In this document: positions 19,866-29,397 of the stretch, in pieces
How the letters are laid out: each line of letters begins with the position of its first letter
Position numbering within the stretch: the stretch's first letter is position 1
From: Naegleria gruberi
Taxonomy: Eukaryota
Direction: 5' to 3' (one strand)
NCBI GenBank assembly: GCA_000004985.1
Contig: GG738846.1
DNA: 64,000 bases
Position numbers and translations under genes: made by a program
The notes under the pieces: generated by a model
Database searches by the model: none
What the model saw: only the letters and a program-made list of their open reading frames with translations
What the model was told of the DNA's origin: nothing

Positions 19866-21839
19866 ATGAAACCAACAACAGAAGCATCATCTTTTCGAAA
19901 CAATAGAAATCGTTCCTCAACTCTTCCTATGAGGTTGTCAAAGAATATGGCTATTGAAAATATCAATCAGTCAATAAAACAATCATTTAGAAATTCAAAA
20001 ACCACAGTTGACCTAAATGAAAGTCAAGGAAGTATGATTATAAAAGATAGAATTTCTTTCTCTAGAAGTAGGCGTTCAAGCACAGCATCAGGTTCAAAAC
20101 AGCCAACATCACTCTACAAGAGACTCTTATCCAACCTCAAACATGGTGATGATTCCATGTCAGACATTATAAGTGAAACATCATATGACACTTCCATGTC
20201 GGGTTTAGTAACGTCATCTATGGGAATAGGTTTCAGATTAAATGGAGCCAACAACACTCCCACACACAAACAAGAAATATCCGAATTGAATAATTTAGTT
20301 TCTCAATTCATGTGTTGTGGCTTTCCAATTGTGGTTTTTGACAAGAAGGGTTGTATTGTCTATATGAATAGAGAATCAGAGGAAATGTTTGGAACATTTA
20401 GTTTTTCAGTATTGGGTGAAGATTTAGTTGAGGTTTTTATGGAGGACACAATTCTCGATATTCACACGTTAATTGATGATTTTTTAGGATTTTCAATGGA
20501 AGATATTGAAGGAGTTGACAGGAAGAATATCAGTCTCAAGAATATGCCTTATGAATTATTGAGCGAGGAAGATAAATCAAAGAGAAGAAGTCACCTTTCA
20601 AAAGAGAGAATTTTGAAAGGAAAATCAATAACTTTGAATCAATTCTTTACCATCTCAACAAAACTTGTTCCAATTAAGAAGAAACATGAAATTCACTTTT
20701 GTGCCTATATGAAATTTGTTGAATTTATTGATAATGAAGAGTTGAACACAATATATGAGAATTTAGATTCCGTTCATGTACAAATTACAAATGCAAGTAT
20801 TGTTCCAATTGTGGCGATTAATGATAAGGGAAGTGTTTTGGTATTCAATAAGGCTGCCACACTGACATTTGGATATGAAAATAGTGAAATAATTGGAAGA
20901 AATGTCAAAATTATTTGTAATAGAAAAGATAGAATGAATCATGACATGTATTTGGAGAGATTTGCCAAAACTGAAAAGAAGAAAATTCTAGATCGTATTA
21001 AGAAAGTCAAAGGTCAAACAAAAGATGGTAAAAGTATTCCAGTGGAAATCAAAATTTCTCAAATTGTCAAAAATGGTCAATCATTATTTGTTGCCTATTT
21101 CAGAGATTACAAATTATTATCCAATCAAGATGAACAAATGACAGGTATTGCAGAAAAGATTTATCCAAGAAATATTGCAGAAAGATTAAGTATGGGCCAG
21201 AAAATCATTGACCAAGTTGATGGATGTTCCATGTTATATTGTGATTTGGTTGGTTTTACAGAGTTATCATCAACCATGCCACCTAAACAAGTTGTTTCTC
21301 TACTACACTCAATATTTTCAAATTTTGATGAAATTTGTCAAAAGTTCAAGATGGAAAAGATTAAAACAATAGGAGATAGTTACTTTTTAGCTTCTGGTTT
21401 AAGGAATGAAACTAGTTCAGTTGACCATATGATTAAGGGTGGTCTTTTAATGATTACAACAGTGAATCAATTTTCAGAATCGACAGGAAATAGTTTACAA
21501 GTTAGAGTTGGAATTCACACCTCAATAGGAGGTGATGTCATTGCAGCTGTAGTTGGTAAAGTGAAGAGAACGTACGATCTCTTTGGGTCTGATGTTAAAA
21601 TTGCTCAACTAATGGAAATGACTGGAATTACTAATGAATTACACATCTCCAACAATACCTACAAATCCATCAAGAGTGAAAAGAGAAAATCACTCTTTAT
21701 TGAAAAATTCAAAGAGGGAGATGAAATTTTAATGGACAAGTATGCAGAACCATTGCAGATACCGACAAATAGTTGGGTAACACACAATGTGTTAGAATTA
21801 CTCAATAGAGATAAGGAAAAGTCAATTCAACAACAATAA
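19866..21839 (+). CDS. PAS-PAS-class III nucleotidyl cyclase homology domain protein (657 aa), single exon
   Basis: Two PAS folds (CCGFPIVVFDKKGCIVYMNRESEEMFG..; IVPIVAINDKGSVLVFNKAATLTFGYENSEIIGRNVKII..). C-terminal CHD with LYCDLVGFT, KIKTIGDSYF and GGDVIAAVVGKVKRTYDLFGSDVKIAQLMEMTG. ATG verified at 19866. Confidence 0.75.
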   Translation: MKPTTEASSFRNNRNRSSTLPMRLSKNMAIENINQSIKQSFRNSKTTVDLNESQGSMIIKDRISFSRSRRSSTASGSKQPTSLYKRLLSNLKHGDDSMSDIISETSYDTSMSGLVTSSMGIGFRLNGANNTPTHKQEISELNNLVSQFMCCGFPIVVFDKKGCIVYMNRESEEMFGTFSFSVLGEDLVEVFMEDTILDIHTLIDDFLGFSMEDIEGVDRKNISLKNMPYELLSEEDKSKRRSHLSKERILKGKSITLNQFFTISTKLVPIKKKHEIHFCAYMKFVEFIDNEELNTIYENLDSVHVQITNASIVPIVAINDKGSVLVFNKAATLTFGYENSEIIGRNVKIICNRKDRMNHDMYLERFAKTEKKKILDRIKKVKGQTKDGKSIPVEIKISQIVKNGQSLFVAYFRDYKLLSNQDEQMTGIAEKIYPRNIAERLSMGQKIIDQVDGCSMLYCDLVGFTELSSTMPPKQVVSLLHSIFSNFDEICQKFKMEKIKTIGDSYFLASGLRNETSSVDHMIKGGLLMITTVNQFSESTGNSLQVRVGIHTSIGGDVIAAVVGKVKRTYDLFGSDVKIAQLMEMTGITNELHISNNTYKSIKSEKRKSLFIEKFKEGDEILMDKYAEPLQIPTNSWVTHNVLELLNRDKEKSIQQQ

Positions 21840-22203
21840 ATCTTTGCACTATTCTCTCTTGTTGATGAAGAAATTTAAATGAAATTATGAAAAAAAATGA
21901 ATTATTTCAAATCTTTAAAATTCAGAAGAAAATTAAATCATCATTTCCAAAATAATAATATGAAAATGAATAGAAGAACATTTTCTACTGTTCGGAATTG
22001 TACTATTCAAGCATTATCAGCATCACCAATAACAGGTAAAATCTCTCCAAATTAATTGGAATGATTAATCCATTATTTACATTTTCAATATATTTAAAAT
22101 ATTATTATTATTATATATTATTAAATCATTGGATGAAAATAATATTAATTAATGATGATTTTCATCCGTATTAAATAATATTTAAATTGAATATTTAAAA
22201 AAA

Positions 22204-23064
22204 ATGGAACAAATCTACGCCAATACCAAAGACTCTCTATTTTGTATTAAACGTTTTCAAGAATTACTAAAAACAAGTTATATAGGACGATCGATCGTGT
22301 ATCGGAATCAAGTGGAAACAACAATGGACATTGGAAGGAGAGAGGCTGAGGAGGGTTGTTTGACTGGAACACTCATCTTGGCAGAGGAACAAACAAAAGG
22401 AAGAGGAAGGAGAGGTAGAGAATGGAGCAGTGCAGGGAAGGGAAAGAATTTGTATTTTACTATTGTATTTCATGTTAGATTGGATAATGCACAGGAATTG
22501 ATAAAACTTAATTTGGCAATTCCTTTGGCAATTACTATTACTTTGAGAGATGAAGGATTGGAAAATTGTGGAATTAAATGGCCAAATGATGTTTGGGTCA
22601 TTCCAAACGAAAAGGATTCACTTCCATCTAAAATTAGTGGAATGTTAATTGATAGTGTACAATCTGGAGAAACTTTATTTGCATTGGCAGGAATTGGAAT
22701 TAATCTCAATAGTTCATTCAAGAGTACATCACTTACCCAAGGTGAAAATGCTCTTCCAAATGTTGCTATTTCATTCCTTGATGCTACCAATAAGAGTGTA
22801 GATAGAGAAAAATTTCTTGCTCAATTGTGTAATACTTTGGAAAACTTATTGGCATTTTCACAAAAGGATGTAATTACTCTGTACAAATCACATGATATTC
22901 TTATTGGAAAGGATATTACCATATCACCATCAGATAAATCACCATCATATACTGCCAAAGCTGTTGGTATTTCCAAGTTTGGTAACTTGATGGTTGAAAT
23001 GAAAGATGGAACAGGTGTCAAGGAAATGATTGCTGAAGAAGTTTCCATTCGACCATTAGAATAA
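22204..23064 (+). CDS. Biotin-protein ligase (BirA-type catalytic domain, class I size)
   Basis: Motif TKGRGRRGREWSS..GKGKNLYFT matches the BirA GRGRxGRxW signature. A possible alternative 5' exon lies at 21898-22038 (see findings). Confidence 0.7.
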   Translation: MEQIYANTKDSLFCIKRFQELLKTSYIGRSIVYRNQVETTMDIGRREAEEGCLTGTLILAEEQTKGRGRRGREWSSAGKGKNLYFTIVFHVRLDNAQELIKLNLAIPLAITITLRDEGLENCGIKWPNDVWVIPNEKDSLPSKISGMLIDSVQSGETLFALAGIGINLNSSFKSTSLTQGENALPNVAISFLDATNKSVDREKFLAQLCNTLENLLAFSQKDVITLYKSHDILIGKDITISPSDKSPSYTAKAVGISKFGNLMVEMKDGTGVKEMIAEEVSIRPLE

Positions 23065-23257
23065 TTTCAAAAAAATCTCTTTTAAGAATGTAAATAGTAG
23101 TCTTATTCAATCAATAAATAGATATTTAATTATTTTAAAATAATAAATTGTAGCTTTAATGTCTCTTATATCATAACGACCTTAGATATTTAATTATTTT
23201 AAAATAGATTGAATTTATTTAAATTTGAATTGGTTTTAAATTGTTTAAAATAAAAAA

Positions 23258-24487
23258 ATGCAAATACTAAGAGATCAAGGAGCCTATATTGTTTCCTTTG
23301 TTAGAACACCAATCGGATCTAATGGAGGAAGCCTCTCATCACTCTCTGCCATAAAAATTGGTTCGGTTGCACTCAAGGAAGCCATTCAGAGATCCAATCT
23401 TTCATTAGGACAAGTTGAAGAGGTAATTATGGGATCTGTTTTACAGGCTGGTCTGGGCCAAAATCCTACTAGACAAGTTGCTCTCGGAGCTGGCTTATCA
23501 ACAGAGGTTATTTGTACAACTGTGAACAAAGTGTGTAGTTCTGGAATGAAATCAATTCACTATGGAGCTTTGGAAATAATGTGTGGACAACGTGATATTA
23601 TTGCATGTGGAGGTGTTGAATCAATGTCAAATACTCCTTATTATTTAAATGAATATAGAAATGGAAAGAGAATGGGAGATGGTAAAATAGTAGATGGAAT
23701 GATGTATGATGGTCTTTTTGATCCTTATCATTCAACCATGATGGGTAAATTTGCAGATGTCACTGCAACAACATATAACATCTCAAAACAAGAACAAGAT
23801 GATTACTCTGTGAAGAGTTATGAAAGAGCAATGAAAAATGCAGATAAATTCAAGAAGGAAATTGTTCCTGTAAAGGTGAATGCAAATTTAACATTGGACC
23901 ATGATGAGGAAGTTTCTAAATTCAGAGGTGCTGATAAATTAAAATCACTCAAACCAGCATTTTCTAAGGAAGGTGGATCTGTAACTGCTGGTAATGCCAG
24001 TAAAATTAGTGATGGAGCTGCCTTTGTAGTGTTGGTAAGTGGAAGATTCTTAAAATCGAATCCAACCTATTTGGCCTCCATTAGAAATCAAAGCATTTTC
24101 CAAGTATTATCATTTGAAGATGCTGAAAAGGAACCTAATTGGTTCACAATTGCTCCATCAGTTGCCATTCCAAAAGCCATTAAGAAGGCAGGTCTCTCAA
24201 TTGACCAAGTTGATAATTTTGAAATTAATGAAGCATTTGCAGCTGTTGCATTAGCCAATTCTAAAATTTTAAATCTTCCAGAAGAAAAGGTCAATATCTG
24301 GGGAGGTGCAGTTGCATTAGGGCATCCATTAGGTTGTTCAGGAGCTAGAATTGTTGTCACTCTCTGTAATCAATTATGTACAAACAATAAGACTATAGGT
24401 TGTGCTGGTATTTGTAATGGAGGTGGTGGTGCAAGTTCTCTAGTTCTTAAGAGAATTGATCCTTCTCATTTAAATTCCTCCCTTTAA
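23258..24487 (+). CDS. Acetyl-CoA C-acetyltransferase (thiolase II, acetoacetyl-CoA thiolase)
   Basis: 409 aa. Motifs NKVCSSGMKSI (active Cys), GGVESMSN, NEAFAAVALAN, GHPLGCSGARIV, CNGGGGASSLVL. AAAAATG start. Confidence 0.9.
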   Translation: MQILRDQGAYIVSFVRTPIGSNGGSLSSLSAIKIGSVALKEAIQRSNLSLGQVEEVIMGSVLQAGLGQNPTRQVALGAGLSTEVICTTVNKVCSSGMKSIHYGALEIMCGQRDIIACGGVESMSNTPYYLNEYRNGKRMGDGKIVDGMMYDGLFDPYHSTMMGKFADVTATTYNISKQEQDDYSVKSYERAMKNADKFKKEIVPVKVNANLTLDHDEEVSKFRGADKLKSLKPAFSKEGGSVTAGNASKISDGAAFVVLVSGRFLKSNPTYLASIRNQSIFQVLSFEDAEKEPNWFTIAPSVAIPKAIKKAGLSIDQVDNFEINEAFAAVALANSKILNLPEEKVNIWGGAVALGHPLGCSGARIVVTLCNQLCTNNKTIGCAGICNGGGGASSLVLKRIDPSHLNSSL

Positions 24488-24601
24488 ATTCCTTTCATGA
24501 TGATGTCTACACCATTTGAACGACTCTATGATGACGTTGCATTAATGTCATTTGAAATGAAAGCATTGAAATAAAAATTATTTAAAAAACACTTAAAAAA
24601 A

Positions 24602-24997
24602 ATGATGAGAAATAACAAGAGTTTGCGTTCAAAACTCTTTTCCGGAGCCAAATATGATGAAGAATATGGTGGATCCTATTTACCTACTACAAATAATTCT
24701 CAAACACAATTGTTAATAGATAAGGCAGAGGATGATATTGACCAAAAAGCAGGAGTGATGGTGAAGGGAGTTAGAGTTTTAAAGGAAATTGCCATGACAA
24801 TGGGAGCGGAATTGGATGAACAAAATGCCTATATGAAATCCATTAATGCAGATGCCAGCAATACAAAGACTATGCTTGATAATACCTTGATGAGGTTGAA
24901 ATTACTCACTCAAAGGAGACATGGAATGCTTGGAATGTATTGTCTATTAATTGGATTTGTTTTATTTGTACTGCTTGTGTTATACACTTGGATTTAA
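24602..24997 (+). CDS. Bet1/Sft1-like Qc-SNARE (tail-anchored)
   Basis: 131 aa. SNARE heptad region (IDQKAGVMVKGVRVLKEIAMTMGAELDEQNAYMKSI) followed by a single C-terminal TM (GMLGMYCLLIGFVLFVLLVLYTWI). Confidence 0.5.
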   Translation: MMRNNKSLRSKLFSGAKYDEEYGGSYLPTTNNSQTQLLIDKAEDDIDQKAGVMVKGVRVLKEIAMTMGAELDEQNAYMKSINADASNTKTMLDNTLMRLKLLTQRRHGMLGMYCLLIGFVLFVLLVLYTWI

Positions 24998-25081
24998 ATC
25001 ATATACGAATTTTTGAAACATTAGAAACTCACTTATTGACTACTTGGATTAATTGTCAACTCCAAATCTGGAATTTTATTA

Positions 25082-26281
25082 TTAATCAAAATAATTATTT
25101 AGTAGATTAACACCTGACGGATTGTCATTCATTTCGTCCAGCATATCAGTTGCAATACTACTCTGGTGCTGCTGGTTGGTACTTATCGTACTTGCCGTTG
25201 TAAAAGTTGCTGTAGAGGAATCCAGAGAATAATTCATTAAAGGTAGAGTGGCATTTGAGGCCACTTTGGAGAGGAGAGAAATAAAATCCTTCTTTTCTGC
25301 TTCTGGAATTTTTGACAATATCTTGTCAACATCCTGCTCACTAGCAATACTAGTCAACAAATCACGCAAATAGAGTGAAACACTTGTAAATTTGTTGGAA
25401 GTGATAAGATCCTTAACAGTTTCTCGAAGTAATGCTTCTTCAACTGGTTCTCCCACAGATTCTTCCTCATCATCGAAATTGGAATCACTGGCTTGCCTTT
25501 CCAGTTTTGCCTTTTTTCTTTCTTCCTCATAATAACTGGGATCTCTTCTCTTTTTTTCATTGTCCATCATTTTGTCAAAAACATGTGTTCCATTAAGTAT
25601 GTGTACAGTTGCCATCTTTTCACTTGTACTTGAAATATTTGTTTCCAAAATAATCAATCCAAGTGTGAAGGTCGTAATTAAGGAGGCAATCTTGACCTTT
25701 TTGTAAATGTCAAATTTGATAATATTTCTACTCTTTTTTCCTTTCATATTCTCAGTGGTGTAAATGTGAAGTTTAAATGGATCATGCAATTCAAAAATGT
25801 AAGCAAAAATCGATTGATGTGGCTCATCAACTCCATAATACAATTTAGATTGTAATTCCTCTGTAATTTTGTAACGAATAGTTTTTCTATGTTTCAATAT
25901 CTTGGTATCAAATGATTCCTGATCAACATCAGTCTCCATAGCAAACTTTGAATTCTTTGCATTTTCAATAATATTTTCCTCTCTCAATTTACCAGTCTCT
26001 ACAATTTCATTCTTTAGCCTTTCTCTCACAAGCTGATAAATCTTTTCAATATTAGCACTTGATGCATTGATCGGTTCAGGAAATGTATAACAATTAAAAA
26101 TCATATTAAAACCACATTCAACCTTCTTATTCCTAACAATCTTTTCCGAAGAGTTTGATGAAGACTTTTTCTTTCTTGATGACGACTCGGATGAACCAGA
26201 AACAGCAGCCATGGTAACAGAAGTAATACTATTGTTATTACTAGAGGCATTTGTTGCCAATAATTCTTCCGAACTTATCAT
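25082..26281 (-). CDS. Hypothetical protein (~400 aa)
   Basis: Long minus ORF. The track start at 26311 is TTG; the first ATG is near 26281 (MISSEELL). No recognisable domain. Confidence 0.45.
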   Translation of the reverse strand: MISSEELLATNASSNNNSITSVTMAAVSGSSESSSRKKKSSSNSSEKIVRNKKVECGFNMIFNCYTFPEPINASSANIEKIYQLVRERLKNEIVETGKLREENIIENAKNSKFAMETDVDQESFDTKILKHRKTIRYKITEELQSKLYYGVDEPHQSIFAYIFELHDPFKLHIYTTENMKGKKSRNIIKFDIYKKVKIASLITTFTLGLIILETNISSTSEKMATVHILNGTHVFDKMMDNEKKRRDPSYYEEERKKAKLERQASDSNFDDEEESVGEPVEEALLRETVKDLITSNKFTSVSLYLRDLLTSIASEQDVDKILSKIPEAEKKDFISLLSKVASNATLPLMNYSLDSSTATFTTASTISTNQQHQSSIATDMLDEMNDNPSGVNLLNNYFD

Positions 26282-26560
26282 TTTGTTGTTGTTGATGTGG
26301 TGTATTATCAATTATTTAATTTGATGAAGCTGATGAAATATTTTTCTTGTGTGGACAATATTTTTTGTTTGGTTTGCACTTGACGCGTTGTATTTTTTTT
26401 TGTAATGTGTTCAAATATCTAATAAAACACGTGATGCACTCTGCTGTTGAATCCATTTTTATCTGGAAATAACTTCAACTGATTTGGATCAACTGAAGAT
26501 GCAAAAAAAGACGAGTTTACTGGAACTACAAATCGATTCCATTTATTCTCAAAGAAAAAA

Positions 26561-27160
26561 ATGGCTCTCCAAGAACATCAAAATGAAACTAACGAAAAAT
26601 TGTTAAGGCAAGAAGAATGTTTAACCTCAAACTCTGATAGAAAAACTTGTCTTCTTGGAAAGAGAAAACAAGAAGAAGCCACGAATGGTACAACTTTTTC
26701 ATCTGAATCACAAGATATAGAGTTTGAAAGTGTTGCTGTTGATGAAGATGTGAAATTAGAAAATGTACAATTAAAACAATCACTTTTGTTACTCGTATTA
26801 GGAGCAGAACAGAGAGAGGAATGGCCTGAAAAGTGGCAAAATTTGGTATGGAAAGTTGTTAATCAGAATATTCTACAAGATTGTTCAAACTCTACAACCA
26901 ACGATTCACTGTTCAATGAGGAATTTACGAGAGAATTGGAGAGTTATTTCCCAATGGACACAAGTACAAACTCTTCCAATACTAATTGTGCTAAGGAGTG
27001 GGTTAGAAATAGAATTAAACCATGCCTTGCTTTCAATTCTCTCCTTGAACCAATCTCTAAAAAGATCAAAATTGCAACAACAAATGAAACTCCCACAACT
27101 ACAAATCCAGACCTAGTAGAAGACGACAATACTGCTGAAGAGGCTTCTCCAATTTTCTAA
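26561..27160 (+). CDS. Hypothetical acidic protein (199 aa)
   Basis: ATG verified at 26561 in A-rich context. E/D-rich. Confidence 0.45.
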   Translation: MALQEHQNETNEKLLRQEECLTSNSDRKTCLLGKRKQEEATNGTTFSSESQDIEFESVAVDEDVKLENVQLKQSLLLLVLGAEQREEWPEKWQNLVWKVVNQNILQDCSNSTTNDSLFNEEFTRELESYFPMDTSTNSSNTNCAKEWVRNRIKPCLAFNSLLEPISKKIKIATTNETPTTTNPDLVEDDNTAEEASPIF

Positions 27161-27225
27161 TTTTAATATCTGTAAATAAAATGCAAGTTGACTTGAACAA
27201 TTTAAAAAAGCAGGTGTTAAAAGAT

Positions 27226-27967
27226 TTATTGAGAAGCTCTTAACTTGTTCAAAGCATCAGTAAACTTATTGCTGTGTGACTTTTCAGCCTTAGCAAGAGT
27301 TTCGAACCATTCAGAAATATCATCGAAACCTTCTTGTCTGGCAGTCTTAGCCATAGATGGATACATGGAAGTATATTCGTGAGTTTCACCAGCAATAGCA
27401 GAAATCAAGTTTGATTCAGTATCACCCATTGGTTCACCAGTGGCTGGGTCACCAGCTTCTTCCAAGAATTCTATTATTATTATTAGTACAAATTAAATAA
27501 TTATTTTAATTGTTATTATTAGAATATAATAATATAAAGTAAAATAATTTAATGTAAATTCTAGTGTAAAGATAATAATATTACTATTAACTACATACCC
27601 AAATGTCCAAAAGCGTGAGCAGTTTCACCATCAGCAGTAGATCTGAACAATTGGGAAATATCAGTGTGACCTTCAACATCAGCTCTATTTTAATACATTA
27701 TTAAACAATAATTATCATCACACAAGAACAAGAATATAATTAAAATCATCATCATCAGTACAATTGTCGTCATCCAAAAAAAACCTACCTATCGGCGAAG
27801 AAGAGATATCTTCTGTTAGCTTGGGATTCACCAGCAAAAGCTTCCTTCAAGTTATTGTGAGTCTTGGTACCCTTCAATTCACTGTACATTCTTGTGGAAG
27901 AAGCATTGGAAATGACGGTAGGCTTGAGGTTAGTGCTCTTTGATACTTTGGTGATGGATCTGAACAT
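27226..27967 (-). CDS. Rubrerythrin-like diiron four-helix-bundle protein (erythrin domain only, no rubredoxin domain) with a mitochondrial-presequence-like N-terminus. 3 exons: about 27785-27967, 27598-27685, 27226-27462.
   Basis: Helix 1 [19 protein letters not shown]. Helix 2 [23 protein letters not shown]. Helices 3-4 [46 protein letters not shown]. These give the E..E-Q..RY / E..H diiron ligand pattern. Introns gtaggttt... and gtatgtag...aatag are in frame. N-terminus [29 protein letters not shown]. Confidence 0.65.
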
Positions 27968-28153
27968 TTTTTTAAGTGACTGGTTTATTTTTAACGACCT
28001 AATTAATTCCGACCACCTATGGCGGAGTAAAGAAAGAATCACCTGTACAGGAGGTTGGTTCAATTCAATTCTTAATAACTGAATAGATATTTAGGATAAT
28101 GGGTGTTTGTTAAGTTAGAAATGGTGATGAAGTGCAAAAGAGTTTTATTGTAA

Positions 28154-28226
28154 GGGGATGTAGCTCACATGGTAGAGCGCTTCTTTAGCATGGAAGAGGT
28201 ACGGGGATCGATACCCCGCATCTCCA
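28154..28226 (+). tRNA. tRNA-Ala (anticodon AGC)
   Basis: GGGGATGTAGCTCA...; G3:U70 Ala identity pair. Anticodon stem CTTCT/GGAAG, loop TTAGCAT (U33-AGC-A37). T-arm GGGGATCGATACCCC. 73 nt. Confidence 0.85.
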
Positions 28227-28328
28227 CACATTTTGCCTTTTGCTAGTTTTCTTATTAAGGCTAATAGAATATTATGACATGGATTAAAAGAAAGATGAAT
28301 AAACCTTCATTCTCTACTTGTTATTCAT

Positions 28329-29306
28329 TTAAAATTGAGCATCAACAAAATTTCTATGATATAGACTACTAAACCTATATTTTCTATTTTCAGTATAGAA
28401 TAATCTTTGATAATCTTGTGGTGTTAAAATATCCTTTTTTGATTTCAATCGTTCTTGATATTCCTCATTGACTTTTCTACTGTCCATGGTTGATATGGAG
28501 TTTTGATGGCGAATATTATTTTGAATTCTTTCGTTCAGACTCATTCTATTTTCAGTGTTGGCATTTACAATATAATTCTGAGTGAAGTATCTGTGTTCAT
28601 GATCAAAGTTTGAGGCAATTTTCAAATCATACAATAGGTCATTAGAAACTCTATTGGATTTTATCAAATCTGATATACTATCATACTTGATGGAATGTAA
28701 TTGCAAATAAAGATACCATAAATATTCCAAATCCACTGGTTTTCCCTTTCTAATCGAGAATATATGTAAATCAAGAGGATGTACCAATAAATCCTTATCA
28801 TTATTATTAACATTCAAATCAGTTGTCAAATCATCCCAATATTTCAAATATTCTTCATTGAAAAACATTCTCATATTTGATTCCTCTTGTGTCAAGTCAT
28901 ATTCTGTAGCATATGGATAAGGAGCTTCAAATCTATATATAAAACAAGTTTCCTTCTTGTGATACAATCTACTTTTAAATATATTTGTCATGTTAATTGC
29001 CGGAATATTGGTCCAATATTGTACTGTTTCATCAAATGAAGAGGAAGGTAAAAAGGAAAACCCAATAAATCCAATAGTTGAGACTGCAGAGATGAGCAAG
29101 GCTCTTGTTGTAAATTTCCTCTGATAAATAAATTTTGAGAGAAAATTCAACTTGACCTCCGTTTCAGGTTTTTGAAAGAAGGAATAAAATTGTGAAAATT
29201 TTGATAATTTAAATTTTGAATTATTTGCTCGTGATGATGATTGGTAATTTATCGGATTTGGAAGAATTTTCCTATCTGCTGATGATGTTTCTGGATCTTG
29301 TTTCAT
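28329..29306 (-). CDS. Hypothetical protein (~325 aa) with one predicted TM segment
   Basis: Likely start MKQDPETSS (ATG ~29304-29306, AAAAATG context). The track ORF extends 5' in an open frame to 29426, overlapping the stop of the upstream gene. Confidence 0.45.
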   Translation of the reverse strand: MKQDPETSSADRKILPNPINYQSSSRANNSKFKLSKFSQFYSFFQKPETEVKLNFLSKFIYQRKFTTRALLISAVSTIGFIGFSFLPSSSFDETVQYWTNIPAINMTNIFKSRLYHKKETCFIYRFEAPYPYATEYDLTQEESNMRMFFNEEYLKYWDDLTTDLNVNNNDKDLLVHPLDLHIFSIRKGKPVDLEYLWYLYLQLHSIKYDSISDLIKSNRVSNDLLYDLKIASNFDHEHRYFTQNYIVNANTENRMSLNERIQNNIRHQNSISTMDSRKVNEEYQERLKSKKDILTPQDYQRLFYTENRKYRFSSLYHRNFVDAQF

Positions 29307-29397
29307 TTTTTTAATATAAATATTTAAATAATATCGATCTTGGAGTTTTAAAATAATATTAATCATATATTTATGAATAATTTTCAATTTAATTTCA

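Noticed and set aside
19245-19920. ORFs 19245-19553 (+) and 19513-19920 (-) in the region upstream of the cyclase gene
   Set aside because: Low-complexity, mutually overlapping, no start context or introns. The region is more likely the promoter/5'UTR of the cyclase gene.
19866-21839. LOV/photoreceptor interpretation of the PAS domains
   Set aside because: No NCRFLQ-type flavin-cysteine motif, so only generic PAS domains can be claimed.
24476-24487. Peroxisomal targeting of the thiolase via C-terminal -SSL
   Set aside because: SSL does not fit the PTS1 consensus, and no PTS2 nonapeptide is evident at the N-terminus. Localisation left open.
28000-28330. Retrotransposon (TRE/DGLT-type) insertions next to the two tRNA-Ala genes
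   Set aside because: Inspected the flanks of both copies. No RT/endonuclease ORFs, poly-A tails or target-site duplications.
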